From assembly GCA_000934665.2 (NCBI GenBank), contig KZ538782.1:1-47700 (forward strand): a DNA stretch of 47,700 nucleotides, read 5' to 3'. This stretch comes from Catajapyx aquilonaris (taxonomy: Eukaryota). Shown here piece by piece: positions 10,291 through 23,200 of the stretch (position 1 is the first letter of the stretch; every line of letters begins with the position of its first letter). The position numbers and the translations under genes were made by a program. The notes under the pieces were generated by a model. The model had not been told where the DNA came from. It made no database searches and saw only the letters and a program-made list of their open reading frames with translations.

Positions 10291-12918
10291 CAGTCATAAA
10301 CACTTAAAAACATAACAGTTATGACAATCTTTTTGAACGTGATAGTACATAATTATAGCTATCACGGTTATTGTACATAAAATTACGCTGAAATGCATTT
10401 TATCGCGCTGTAACTAGAAAGTAACTTAGCATAATATCTTGAGAGGAAGTGAGTACATCGAAAGTTTGCGCATTTTAGTTACACTACTATTCTCGCTATG
10501 ACAAATTCATATAGCTACAGTTCCAGATTGAATACCATTTTTACCTAGGTTATTGTTGGATGTATTCCATATCTGCCAAGATATGGTGCAGTACAAAATT
10601 ATGTCGGTAACATTGCTGGGGAGACTAATTGACGTGAATAATATCAGTGTGGACAATATTATTGCAAGTCTCTATCACGATGAGCTCAAAAAATGGAACA
10701 ATGCAGGACCACTTTAACAGTTCTCATTGAAACTATACTGTGTGTATATGAAGTAATACCCTATGCAAAACTGAAAATATGGCCACATTCTTGATACACC
10801 AGGAGCGTCGTGATTTTCGTTTGCGTACACAGTTTTTTAAACTCTTAAATCCTGAGTCGGGTAGGGGTCAGAGAACTTGACAAATGTTCTGCGTCATTTT
10901 AGCCGCTTTAAATACTGTAATAATGTTCTTCGTGTAGGTAGCAGAATTAATCGTTAGGCCTTATCACTTCCTCGGTGGAATATAAAATATTTTTTTGAGT
11001 CCTTTTACAGGTCCGGGCGGAACTACCTCACCAGATAGTGGCCATTACCTGCACACAAAAGCTTGACATGGGAAATTAAGGCGGGAAAAGATAAAAGAAC
11101 TAAGTTTATAGGCAACCTATAGAGCCTCACTCTTGCCATTTTCACCATAATCATCAGAGTAACATTCAGGAGTTTGACAGTTTGAATACAGTATGTCTTA
11201 AGGCAAGAGCAGTAAAGAATGTTTGTATTCATTATGAATGCTGTATGTCCAATTGAAACCCAGTAGTTATATGTATGGCCTGCTGCTTTTGTTTATATTG
11301 ATCACATAAGTAGTTACATAAAAATTGAATGATAAATCAAAAGAGCCCAAAAGCATTTCAATATGATTTTCTAGTGTATCTCATGATAGGTCAATACCAT
11401 TCAAGAAACTGCACAGCATGATTCCTCTCAGGAAAGCGTCAACCGTGGTCACCATCAATAGTGAAGCGATTTCTATGCGAAGTAGTGCGTGTGTGTATGT
11501 GTGGCAAGGTCCACGTAGCAAAAACCAACTTCAATGTGACTATAAAATGCCGAAAATTGATACAATATTTCAATCTGAATGATTGATCCTGAGACATTCA
11601 GGCCAGAAATAAGGGTGAGTTATAATACGTATTATGGAGACAAGGCAAAGGAGCTCATTGCAGTCTAACTGCTCTACAAAATTTGTCAATATTCACTCCG
11701 TCTCATACGTCTTATACAAAGCTCGTATGTTGCATCATGGCATTCCTTCACTTTAGACACTCTCGCAACCACATTATTAGGTAAGCATATTACTTTCTAT
11801 CAGGTGCATGCCAGAGAAGAAATAACCCAAAGTTAATGTAACCGAATGTAACTGTCGTGGTCATCCTGGGGGATGATTCGGAGGTCATCATTAACCTTGG
11901 CACGTATAATTTTAAATGAACATCAAAGGCCTGTGCAAGTGATGATGTGTAAAGTTTTGAACCTCGGAGTGAAAATGATGGAATCCAGCATGAAAGAAAT
12001 GGCGTGGTGTGAGTGGGGGAGGGAATTGCAAGTGGAATGGAGAGTTTTTGAAAAAAGGTACCATACGCTATTTTTACAGTGTCAGAGAGAAACGCTAGTG
12101 GGTTTGGGTGGGGAAAGAGTAGGATGGGAAAATGTGCTAAAATCCAATTAGGGTCCAGTTTATTCCCCCGTAAGCATGGGCACCGCTGCAGTTGTCGCAG
12201 CTAGACGTTTAATTACGAGCGCGCCGCCCTGAGTCGCTTCTTGAAAATGGCGCGGATGAGGATGCTGTGCGGGTGGTGGAGAGTAGGATGGGAGGGAGGG
12301 AGGGAGAGAGGGAGGCGGACAAGGATGTTCATTTTGCAGCCTCAACACGTTGCAACCTTTCCCAGCATTCTTCGGCGACCAACCCCTTCGCACGCCCGTT
12401 TCCTTACGCTCAGATGGCTATTAGCGCCTTCATTCCGTTCCTTGCCCTCGAGCGATTTGCTTCTTTACTGTTGCAAAGACGTCAACCAGCCTAAGAAAAT
12501 ACGAGAATAAACTTGGGACTATCTTCGTGGAGAGAAAACGTTCTACTTTTTTCTTTGCTTCTTCTTGAACCTTACAGTTCGTCTTTGCCAGAAAGTACCT
12601 AGTGGCACGATAAACAACGTTTTTCAGAACGGAATTCATATCCGTATATCGATGAAATTCTCGCGAATATTCACTATTGCCTGACCTTCAAGTGTGGCAG
12701 TGAGTGACATACCCGTTGTAAAGAGCATTTATTGGTATGCATTAATGGTGATATTACTTTTCACATAAAGTTCACATTTCGATTATTGGTATCAAGACGC
12801 AACATGCGATTCACGCCATCTACCAACAGTGAATATAATTTTTTACATACTAAATCGAAAAATTATACGAACCCATGGTGTATTCACAGTTACTTGTGCA
12901 TTGGAAAAATGTATAATA

Positions 12919-13466
12919 CAGGGTGTAAATGAATTCAGGGGACAAACTTGTAGGGGTAATAGAGGGGACCAAGACAAGTATTTTTGACATAGGAAACCGT
13001 GTCCGGAAACGCCATCTAGAGGGGGTTCATAGACAAGGAACGGGTGCGCTCAGACGCGTCACGCGGGAGGCGCTAGGGGAGCGGATTGTTTTGTTGATAG
13101 ATGGCGCTCGGATAGTAAACACCAATGCGATGTGCCATAACCTGGCAACAGCAGAGCCATCTAGCAACTAAAGTCCGCCTCCTAGGAGACGAGCGGAGAG
13201 TAAACAACGGTTCTGTTGTTGCCAGGTTATGACGTATCGTGTCGTTGTAAGAAAACAACGACTCGATACGCCATAACCTGGCAACAACAGGGAGCCATCT
13301 GTCAACAAAACAATCCGCTCGCCTGACGCGTCTGAGCGCAACCGTTCCTTTTATATGAACCCCCTCTAGATGGCGTTTCCGGACACATGTTCCTATGTCA
13401 AAAATACTTGTCTTGGTCCCCTCTATTACCCCTACAAGTTTGTTCCCTGGATTCATATACACCCTG
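12919..13466. mobile_element. Tc1/mariner-type MITE (548 bp)
   Basis: TA-CAGGGTG...CACCCTG-TA with long TIRs (more than 200 bp). This explains the mirrored ORFs containing KLVGVIEGTKTSIFDIG. Confidence 0.92.
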
Positions 13467-13525
13467 TATATTTAAAATGCTTCATTCCTTCATGGTGTGT
13501 TGCAGGTTCCATGTTTGACCCAGAA

Positions 13526-13908
13526 GGGGAGGCGGAGTGGTGCTGCGGTAACGTATGCGCCCACGGATGTTAAGGTCCCGGGTTCGATCCAACCCGGGGA
13601 CACCCCCTTCATCTCGTGCAGAGTTAAGGGTTCGTGGGCGTAAGTACGGTTATAAGGGTCACCTCTGGCTTCGTCTCGGGTGGTATTTCCACAGACTAAA
13701 CCACCTGGGGGAGTTCACTAAAATGGCCACGTTTAAGACATTGCACTGCACCTTGCACATCCCCTCCTGTCATCTTGCCGGTGGGCCCGGGCGTTAAGTA
13801 TAAAGGCTCCAAATGTACTTGACATAATAAATAAAGGTCCGTGCTGCATACCTCAGATGAGGTCAAGCCCTACCCCGGATTATTATTATTATTATTATTG
13901 TTATTATT
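13526..13908 (+). mobile_element. tRNA-derived SINE, family A
   Basis: A-box-like TGGTGCTGCGG, B box GGTTCGATCC and a (TTA)n tail. Confidence 0.75.
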
Positions 13909-14160
13909 CCGAATTTATTGGACCTACCATGCCCGTTAAGGCCCAACAGCCCATTCCCTCCAACATTTACAACAAAATATACATCCATCACCCAGTCATA
14001 AGCCACCACATCCAGACATCAGTCCACCAGTTAACATAAGTCATCAATGCAAGATCTAAGCGTTTAGGATGGGACTGATAATACCCTGTCTGGTGCTAGG
14101 CAGAAGGCATTGAATTCCATAAGGAGACAGGTGACGAAGGCTGTCCGTATGTTTTGCTTG
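13909..14160 (-). mobile_element. Possible 3' fragment of a CR1/L2-type LINE
   Basis: Minus strand reads VSLWNSMPS, like the LWNSLP end of ORF2, followed by a UTR ending AATAAA next to (AAT)n. Confidence 0.4.
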
Positions 14161-14878
14161 AAACAAAATAATGGAGTTGATAAGGAAAGCTAAACTCTCA
14201 AGCTCTATTCATAGTTGGGTCAATAGTGAAAAAATGTGCAATTTCATTTCAATTTTTTTTTTTTAAATGAAAATGTCCTTTAAGATAATCATTTTTAAAT
14301 GAAAATAATTACTTCCGGTGTTCCCACGAAAATAACGACCGAGATCGTAGACTTATATTCCAGTTTTTTAAATAAATTATAAAAATGCTGTATCTACAGC
14401 TGTATACCCACAGTTAAGAATACAGAGTCTACTTGACCTTGACGAACTAAGTGTGGCACAAGGTGTAGAACCGAATCAAGTGGCTAGCACAGTTCCCAAT
14501 ATAAATGTAAGTAATCCTTCAAATCGCTTCAAATGCAATGAAACAAGAAATGTGTAAATTCAGACTATACTCGAGACCTATCCGTATGCTTACATCTGAC
14601 AATAAGTAGTGTACAGCGGTGAGTGCATTAGAAACACGGTATAGATGGTCCAAAACATTCAAATGGGTTATTAAAATCATTTCCTTGAACATTTGACCCC
14701 GCCTAAGGGGCGCCTGTGGACAGGTAGTGTCCACGGACGTGACGAACTCTCTGTTTATTCCACGTAAGACGTGGTTTAGGTTACAAACTTTTAGTTCAAA
14801 TGAGTAAGCACTTTGTACCTAATAGCGCACTTACGTGATCAAAAATTGAAATTTGAACTGCTTTTACCTGCATTTACC

Positions 14879-15026
14879 CACGGGGGTAATCACTCGACTG
14901 AAAAGTGTATACTGGAGTACCAAATTCAAGGCGTACCACGGAGTAATAAAGAGTGAGGTGCCTGAGGAGTACCAGGGAGTACCACTCCCAGGTGTACACC
15001 GGAGTACCGAAGTGATTACCCCCTTG
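14879..15026. mobile_element. 148-bp hAT/P-type MITE
   Basis: Perfect 8-bp TSD CATTTACC (14871-14878, 15027-15034), TIR CA(C/A)GGGGGTAATCACT and internal GGAGTACC repeats. Confidence 0.85.
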
Positions 15027-15808
15027 CATTTACCAGATGCCACAGACGTCACGCATTGATCTCCACGCTTCACTAAATGTGACGTTTAGAGCAGAATTAC
15101 ACGCCTTCAAGCAACCAAACCAACAGGTTTTTGATTCAGCTTCTCAATATGGCTGCATCAGAAAGCAAAAAGACAAAAATTCTGCACATTGCTGCTTCCT
15201 GGATGATTTTATAACAGTTTTTGTTTTTGTCCAAGGACGTGACTAGAAACTTGGGACAAAATGACTCATGCAATAAAATCGATGCAATTTGGAACTTCAG
15301 GACAAAGAATGCACTAGCCTTTACCTTCAGTATTCCTTTCTCCATTACTCAAATATAAAAAGTGACAAAACATCTCAGGCCTTGCATAAAAATTGACAAA
15401 ACTACGAAAGTGAAGGTTGGGACACGCCATGGACGTGACTTGTCACGCTCTGTGGCCTAAAGAAAAACATGAACTAATTTTCTCATTACATATTTGTTAT
15501 GCCCCACGAATACCTCAAATGGCACTCCTATTTCTTTGTATGTTATCTGGTTTTCAGATGTTATATTAAGTCCAGAAATTAGCTGGGACACGAAGTGCAG
15601 GTTTTTTCACTATTCACCCAGTTATACAGTGTACTGGTAAAGCTGCACAGGATATCACTTCCTCACTCATGCAGTATTGGTTTTAAAGGACCCTTCAACT
15701 CACCCCCCAGCTGATGTTACTGACAAGTGAGAAAAATAAGCGCTCACTATGATTGATTACCCGCTTCATTACAGCAAACATGCCATGTTATTTATTACTC
15801 AAACATAA

Positions 15809-16027
15809 GTTGGTTGGTTTGCTGGTTGTGCCAAAACAACTAAGGCTATCTGGCATTCGTGTGATGGGTTTTTGGTACCTGGTAGCGGAAGAAAACGGGA
15901 AAACCCACCCAAACACGGCGAGAACCCACCGAAACTCTTCCACGTAAGTGTCCTCCGTCCGACCCGGGGATCGAACTCGGGACCTTAGAGATGGAAGGCT
16001 ATGGCGTTAACCACTACACCACCGTGG
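15809..16027 (-). mobile_element. tRNA-derived SINE, family C, with V-domain-like body
   Basis: Minus-strand A box TGGTGTAGTGG, B box AGTTCGATCC, body GTTCTCGCCGTGTTTGGGTGGGTTTTCCCG and an (AACC)n-like tail. Confidence 0.75.
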
Positions 16028-18448
16028 AGGTGTGGTACTGTCATACCTGTGTATTTCAAAGAGGTGGTTATACAGGGCGCTGAAAAAGTGGCTTACTTCC
16101 TGATTATTTCTAAGGCAAAATGACCGAAGTCGCTCCAATCAACTAGGATAATATATTTTGTCATAGACATTCACAAGAAAGCTGTATAGCCCAAGAAAGT
16201 GCGCCCTCCTTGCAACTCCTTGAATTTTCCTTATCTTTATACGTGCGCCGCATTTTTAATGCCCGGGACAGAGGTGAACAGGAAGAAGAGAAAATAATTT
16301 GAGTTGCCTTCAATCACTTCAGGTCTTGCTTTCTTCCCATGCAATGCCGGCTGTCCCATCTATCCCTATTACATTGATTGAAATTGCTGTACGTGTTCCA
16401 TTTCCGCAGCTGATTCGTGAAAATTGATGGGGAAGAGGAGAGAGAGAGTTATATGATTACTGCTTGACTATCAAGGCAGGACTGGGCTGACCATTCCATT
16501 CAATAAATAAATAATATTTTCTGCACTACTATGTACGAATCACTAGTGGGATAATCAGTTGGCACACAGTGGTCTTGTGGTTAATCGTGGCTGTTGACTC
16601 AATCCCTGGCATCTAATTTGCTTCCCTCTAGTCTACAGTATACTTGTATTATGCTGACTTCTCTGCCTATAGATCGAGGCAGCTAAGGGAAACGAAAGGC
16701 CCAGTTAATACATATACAGTCCTAAATCCGAACTCCTAAATCAACTTGCGATTTCCATGGCTACCCCAATGTCCAACGTCTTGTTACATCATGCAAATTT
16801 TGCAATATCAAATTCGAGAGAAATATTTTATTCAAATTTGCATTGCAACCAACTGACTCAGGTTGATTGCATTTTAAAATGTTACTGCGAATGTTTTCAA
16901 TAATATGAGAAACAGCAAGCAATAAAACTCAATGGAGTCAAAACGTAAATAGAAAGGGAATATTATTGGCTGCAGGACTATTCAACTTATTATCCCGTAT
17001 TTATCTATGCAAATGTATTGTACCATCCGGTACCATCAATGCAGGTAGTGTCGGCTAGGACTTCCAAACTCATATTAATCACTCACCTGATAATGTATTG
17101 TATAGTACTATAGTTTATACCTTTATAAAACTTTTCATGCAGAAATGGAATGACAACTCGTTGGATATGTTTACATGAGAACATTCAGTGGGCAGTAGAA
17201 AACCAGGATTAGGCTGTGAACGAGCCACAGAAAATGTTAGGTAAATGGAAGAAGCGGTTCGATTTCATCATTGGTTGGGTGAAGTGAATTGGGAGCAGGC
17301 TAGGGTGGCATAGTGAGGGTGGATGTGGGGAGGGGAGAGTTGATAGAGGGGGTGGAAATGGTGGATGGGATACGTGCTCCTAAAAGCAAACACGTCGACA
17401 CGAGTGCGGCAAACGGCCATGCAAATAAGCTTGTGCAGCTTCACCTACAACCTCCCCCCCCCCCTGGCCCCACGCAGGTTGGTTAATCTCGCTATTAATT
17501 ATTGAATGGCGATGACAAATGCAGCAGCCATTGAAGACTGCATCAATCTCCGGGAGGTGAACTCGAAGCCTGTTGTGTGCTGGCGTGCCATCATTTCCCC
17601 AACCAAATGACACTCGTTTATAGGTCGTACGTTATTCCACGGGGCCTATCGAATTTCAATGAATTGATGCTGAAAAATGGTGGGAGGCAGCCACTCCATG
17701 TTGCACAATAGGTATCAATTTCCGTTCCCGAGCGCTCATTCGTCACCCCCTAGTAAGAAATTAACAGATAATTTTCATAATTAGGGTCCGCTAATCGCCG
17801 TGTACGATTGAGGGTCCATGAAATTTATTCATACTCTCAACATCATTTGTTTGTCATGTGGGGTTGGGTTCAACCAAACATGCACAAAAGTGGTGTTCCA
17901 AGAAGGGTAGGAGGACAAAAAAAAAAATCAGGGCCATTGTCAAATTAATGATCGTAATTAAAACCCGTATGGGCCAGTCAATTACGCCGGTATTATTTGA
18001 AGCTTAGTTTAACGCGCGACGTTTTCATCCGAAACAACTGTTTTAAAGAGGCCCTCGTAATGCGTGAAAGTGTCAATTGTGTAGTAAGTGTACGCTTGCA
18101 TGGAAATGCCGTATTGAAATTTCAACCAGCGGTGAAAAATACACTGTACACGGACGGCTGTTTATACAACGTACCCTACCCGACACTCCATGCATAGAAT
18201 ATTCTGTGAGGGAACCCTAGTAAGCACATTTATGAGCGCATGGCTAAACATTATCACCTCACTTGAAATCACATGACAAAAAAGTAATTCCCATCCGAAT
18301 TTCCATGCAGTCCCACCAAAGCACTTCCTATTCAATGCAGAGGTAAATACTGCGGGGAAAAGTGCCATCGTGAATCTCGCCTAATAGCCAAGTACTTTTT
18401 GTGTCTGAATACAGCAGTTTAGAGGAGCAACTAATGAGTGCACAACAC

Positions 18449-18450
<2 letters not shown>

Positions 18451-18483
<33 letters not shown>

Positions 18484-18503
18484 TCTGACGACGACGACGA
18501 TGA
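18451..18503. repeat. Compound microsatellite (CT)14 followed by (GAC/GAT)n
   Basis: Direct reading. Confidence 0.95.
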
Positions 18504-19971
18504 TGGAGAAAGTGATGTAATATACTGTAGCGTCAGGCGACAAGAGTTGTTGGCTGGGAAACTTTTCCCGGCTGTCTGCTGCAGATGTCGCCCAAACCCC
18601 GACCACCACTTGGGTTTGGCTCTCATTATGGGCGAACCAAAACAATTAACAATTCCTGTCATTTCGCTTTTCCTGCCGGAAAGTTTCCAGGCTAGTCGTA
18701 AAGTTCACTCACGCGTAACGTCTTTTTCTGCAGCCTGCCCCTTTTTTCCTTCTTTTTCGCCGCTCTTACTTCCCTCTCACCTACAGAAGAAGACCGCAAA
18801 AATATAGGGATATGAGATTCCTCATTGCTGACGGAGTTTCTGGTAGGACAATCTGTCAATTTTGATTCACCTGATCAACAGGTTTTGCATGCTGTTTGCC
18901 CGTATTGGCATCCAGGACAGGCCATTTGTCTCGTGGCTTGATATTGCGATTCTTTTTGTTGGTGAGTGTAATAATGTTTATGTGCCAGTTTTGCGCTAAG
19001 CCTAAACGCATCCCACGGGTGGCATCATATCAGTATGTAAAGGAGGTGGCGGCATAAACCCACTCCTGCGGATTAATTATAATAATTGTCATTTGCCCCC
19101 TCTTTGGCCCTCCCTCTTTTCGAAGCAAAGTGTCTCTCTTTTTTCCGCAAGCTTACCCGTCCTACTCTTGCCACTCCTCCACCTTCCCCACCCCATATTC
19201 ATGAACGTTCCCCATGCACCGTTCATAAATTACCTGTCAGCTAGGCTTTCCCTTACCATCGTAATCCTCCTGGAAACTCGCTATCAGGGTAGAATTTAGA
19301 CAACACTTTAATGCCACCTCGAATATGGTACCCGAAATTTCATCCTTCCCTCCATAAACTTGACCGTATCCGAAAAAATATTGGATCTCGGCACGAGGCA
19401 TGAAAATTATGCACAAAATCGTGTGAATCTCAAATGGGTAGTTGGAACCAAGGAAAACCTTCAGAATAATTGCTTAAGTAATGGGACCGAGTAAAAAAAA
19501 TTCCCATGTGTCGAAAGATATTTTTTTTTCATTTTACCAGCTCTTGCATGCTGCTAGAGCGCTTATCTCCTGATTGCATATCTAGTGTCCAATGGTGCAT
19601 TCTACTGCATAGGTTTGCAAAATGTTCATAATTTATTTACACGAACAATATTCATTGGGCTCACTTCTAATGGTACGGATAGTGTGCAGGATAGTTAAGC
19701 ACCCAGTTAGAAGTTTCAACAATCAAGACCGATTTTACTTGCTCTGATTGTTTCTCTTCCAGCTGGTTACTCGAGTAAATAGTACGTAACCTTCCTCCCT
19801 GGAATTGGAGACTGGTGCATTTAACTACTCTGTATAGACTTAGACAATTTATTATACACTACTGAATATGCGTGAATATGTGGCATTTTGTATTGCAAAC
19901 AGTTGGAGCTCGGGAGTCGGTGCGAGCGTTGATCCTAAATTCTCTGCTCCTGTACTGCACTGACACTGTAT

Positions 19972-20230
19972 ACTGTCGGCCCCTTGTATCCGATTCTTTT
20001 ATTATCCGCCGTTTGAAAAAATATTGAATAAACATTAAATAAAAACATCGAATTAAAAATTCTAACACATATTTTTATTAAACTTCAGTGGAGTATTGTT
20101 ATAACTATCCTTTTTCCACTCTTCCCCCACCTACAGTCCCAGTTGGACTTTTCCACTCCATTGTGTTAGTACAAAGTCTACTTTTATAATTGCATTTCAT
20201 GGTCGATTACACCTAATTATATAAAAGAAG
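19972..20230 (+). mobile_element. Degraded pogo/Tigger-like MITE fragment
   Basis: Begins TA-CTGTCGGCCCCTTGTATCCG, resembling Tigger TIRs (CAGTCGGCCCTCCGTATCCG, recalled from memory). No right TIR found. Confidence 0.3.
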
Positions 20231-23200
20231 TCTTGCCTTCGGCAGTGACACGGTTCAATACTTGACCAGAAAAAAGTAAAGACAGTGTGAAGCCGGCCTT
20301 TCTCTTCTCTCGCACGTGAAATTAAATAATGCCTGGATAATCCCGCAACAGTGAATTTTACAGTTGGGCTTCCGGACTTCTCCACTTTTGGCAAAATCCA
20401 GCACATCAGAAGCCCAAAGCAATAAAGACAATGACATGGGCAACAATGGCCGCCATTATCCGTGGCCCATTTTCTATACAATAGGCCCAGGGGCCTCAAA
20501 TTGGAGCTTGTCAAAGTACTTTTCTAAATCCACTCTAACGAGAAGCTTAGTCGTCAAACTGCCGGAAAGAGCGTTAATTAAGGTACAGTAATTAGACGGA
20601 CACTGTACAAAGGCGCAACTCCCATGGTACAGTTACATGTAATGGGATCAAGTCGGATCTTTGCCACGTGTACTTGAGAAGGATTGGTAATGGAGTCATG
20701 GTCCGCAGGGATCACGAGTGCCGACTGACTTCTCTCCGGTAATCCCACTCTGCACCCCAGAGATTAACGTAGGCCTACTGATCCCAACCTGGACCCCGGA
20801 AGCTCATTTATTTATGACTCTAACCTGACGTGACTAATAAATAAGCCGTGTCACAAGGCGGGACTTGGCGGCTGGATTTTTATTTTAACCCAGCCGCTGC
20901 GGTAGTATTGTCGCCTGATATTTTGACTACAAGCATCCCATGCTGTTGGATTTTTCAATATCCACCCAGATCACTCTTCACTATACCGTACACTCATGTG
21001 CTCTTGCGTATAACTTAATAATGACATACGCAACTGAATAACACACGTTCGATCAATTTAATGATGAGAACGTGGGAGAAATTCAAAATGGTGTCTACTG
21101 TTTACCCTGCCTTTGTGAATTAAATGAATTGTGTAGTACTTGTACGTACTAGCCAACATTTTAATTCGACTGACATCATATAGGGACGGACATGATTACC
21201 GTATATTATTATTTCAGAGATATTTTTCGTGGGAAACTGCACACCTCCAGGCCATATTCAATAATTTATTACTCACAGTAGGCTACATTATTCATACTGC
21301 ACATCCATGTACTATTCTGGAATGCCACCAAAACTTTGTAGTAAGGATACTTGCTGATAGAAACTTAGCTGAAATTGACTGAGATGCAGCTAGCAAGTAC
21401 CGCACCAGGAAACAAAGACGTTTTGGTACAAAGGAGGTAGGTAAACCTGCCCTATTGTGCTGGATTACAAGTGCTTGATGTGCACTTGTAGGAAGACAAA
21501 TGGCGTGGCAATACCTTTCACGCAACAACATTTAGCAACTATAGAGATGAAACTTACCCCGAATGTGCACTTACCCCACCTTACCCTAGTACATTTTTTT
21601 AACTATCTTATAGTGAGATTTGCACGAGGGATTGCTGGAATGTGCATGCTCGACTAAGTTAAAGCATCATCATGTGTCACCCCGCCCCATTATTGGAGGT
21701 GTAGGATACTGTACACTTGGGCGGCGTTTTACCCTGCTGTGCATAACCCATGGTCATCCAAAATTACTGTCACAAAATAATCGGAAAGCTCAGGAGTGAA
21801 GGTAGATGTCCAACTACTAAAACAGTTGATATAAAACTCATTAGTCAAAACTTTAGTTCAATTATAACAACTAGCACAATAAAGTTATTACTTGTGTACT
21901 AGAGGACATTATTATTATATAACTGACATACTGTAGCCCGTTTTTTATCTTAACCTGTGAGTTGCCTGCGGCACATACTGTCTGCTACCCAGCACAGGTG
22001 TGAAATGTGATGCTAGTAGTGGCACTCACAGGATATGTACGAAAGAACGTGATGCCTCTGCAATATATTATGCTGTATTTGGCCCCAAGTGTGCACCCTT
22101 ACTGTACAACATTAGTCTACAAATTGCTGAAACATGCAATAATAGGCGATGAGACATTTCCGCCTCGATAGGTGTCTTCATGTGCCAGATGGTGGAACAG
22201 GTCCACATCTCCAGAACTTATTTGTTAGTGTTCTTTTCTCATCTCTATATGCTGCCATGTACTATAGCTTGAATAGATTTTGGCCATTTAGCCTCCGTTA
22301 GAGAGGTGATTGCATACCATTTTCGTTTCATAATCGACGCTAATAAATATACATTATCAGAGTCAGACCACTATACGAGTCAGACCACTGTACTCGTAGA
22401 CTACCGCGAAAGATTGTACAACGGTATAAAATATATCGGTCTTCTGGTTTTGCCTGAATGTCTTGTTTTACTGTAGTTAATTATAATATTCGGAAATATA
22501 TAGGTTCATTGAGGTACAGCAGACCGATGAACTATAAAAATGTCCATCACTATAGTAGGCAATTTTGAAAAATGAAACACGTTGCAGGAATCAAGTTGCC
22601 TGTGGTATAGCGTGGGTACACTACCCTATTCGAAACCTGATCCCTGATACTGGCAATGCAATAGACAGAGGTATCACTCACTCTGACAATTACATAGCTT
22701 CAAACGATAGATAGTGTTAACATAATAACTGCGTGCAATAAGCCAGCATCAGCCTAAATATCATGCATATTAGAAAAGCCATAGCTGAAAAAAATAATGG
22801 CCTACAGAGGTTGAGCAGAGTATAATGTGGGCGGCAGAGATGGGTAAAGTAGAGCAAGAAGGTAGTTATGGAGGATAGCTGGTGATCTGTGAAACGTCTT
22901 TTGCTCAGGCTGTGGCCGACTGTTGACACGGCCCTAACCGGCTGCGTGGCCTCGTTCATGCTCCTCTCAACGCAGCAGCATATGGCTTATGATATGACTA
23001 TAACGGCAAGTGGTGCGCGGCGTATAATGAGAATTTCCATTGCGAAAATGAGCTCTGTGTAATTTGACGAGAGCTGTGGAGCCATGTCGCTCCCAGAAAC
23101 ACGCCTCCATTCGGCAAGTGGGGAACTCGTCCTCCTGAAATGCATCTAATGACTTAGACCTAAATTACCACAGGCCTGCAATGAATGTTGGTCTGATTCT

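Noticed and set aside
12929..13462. Paired similar ORFs on opposite strands (also 3596/4178 and 6688/7819)
   Set aside because: They are translations of the two arms of palindromic MITEs, not gene pairs.
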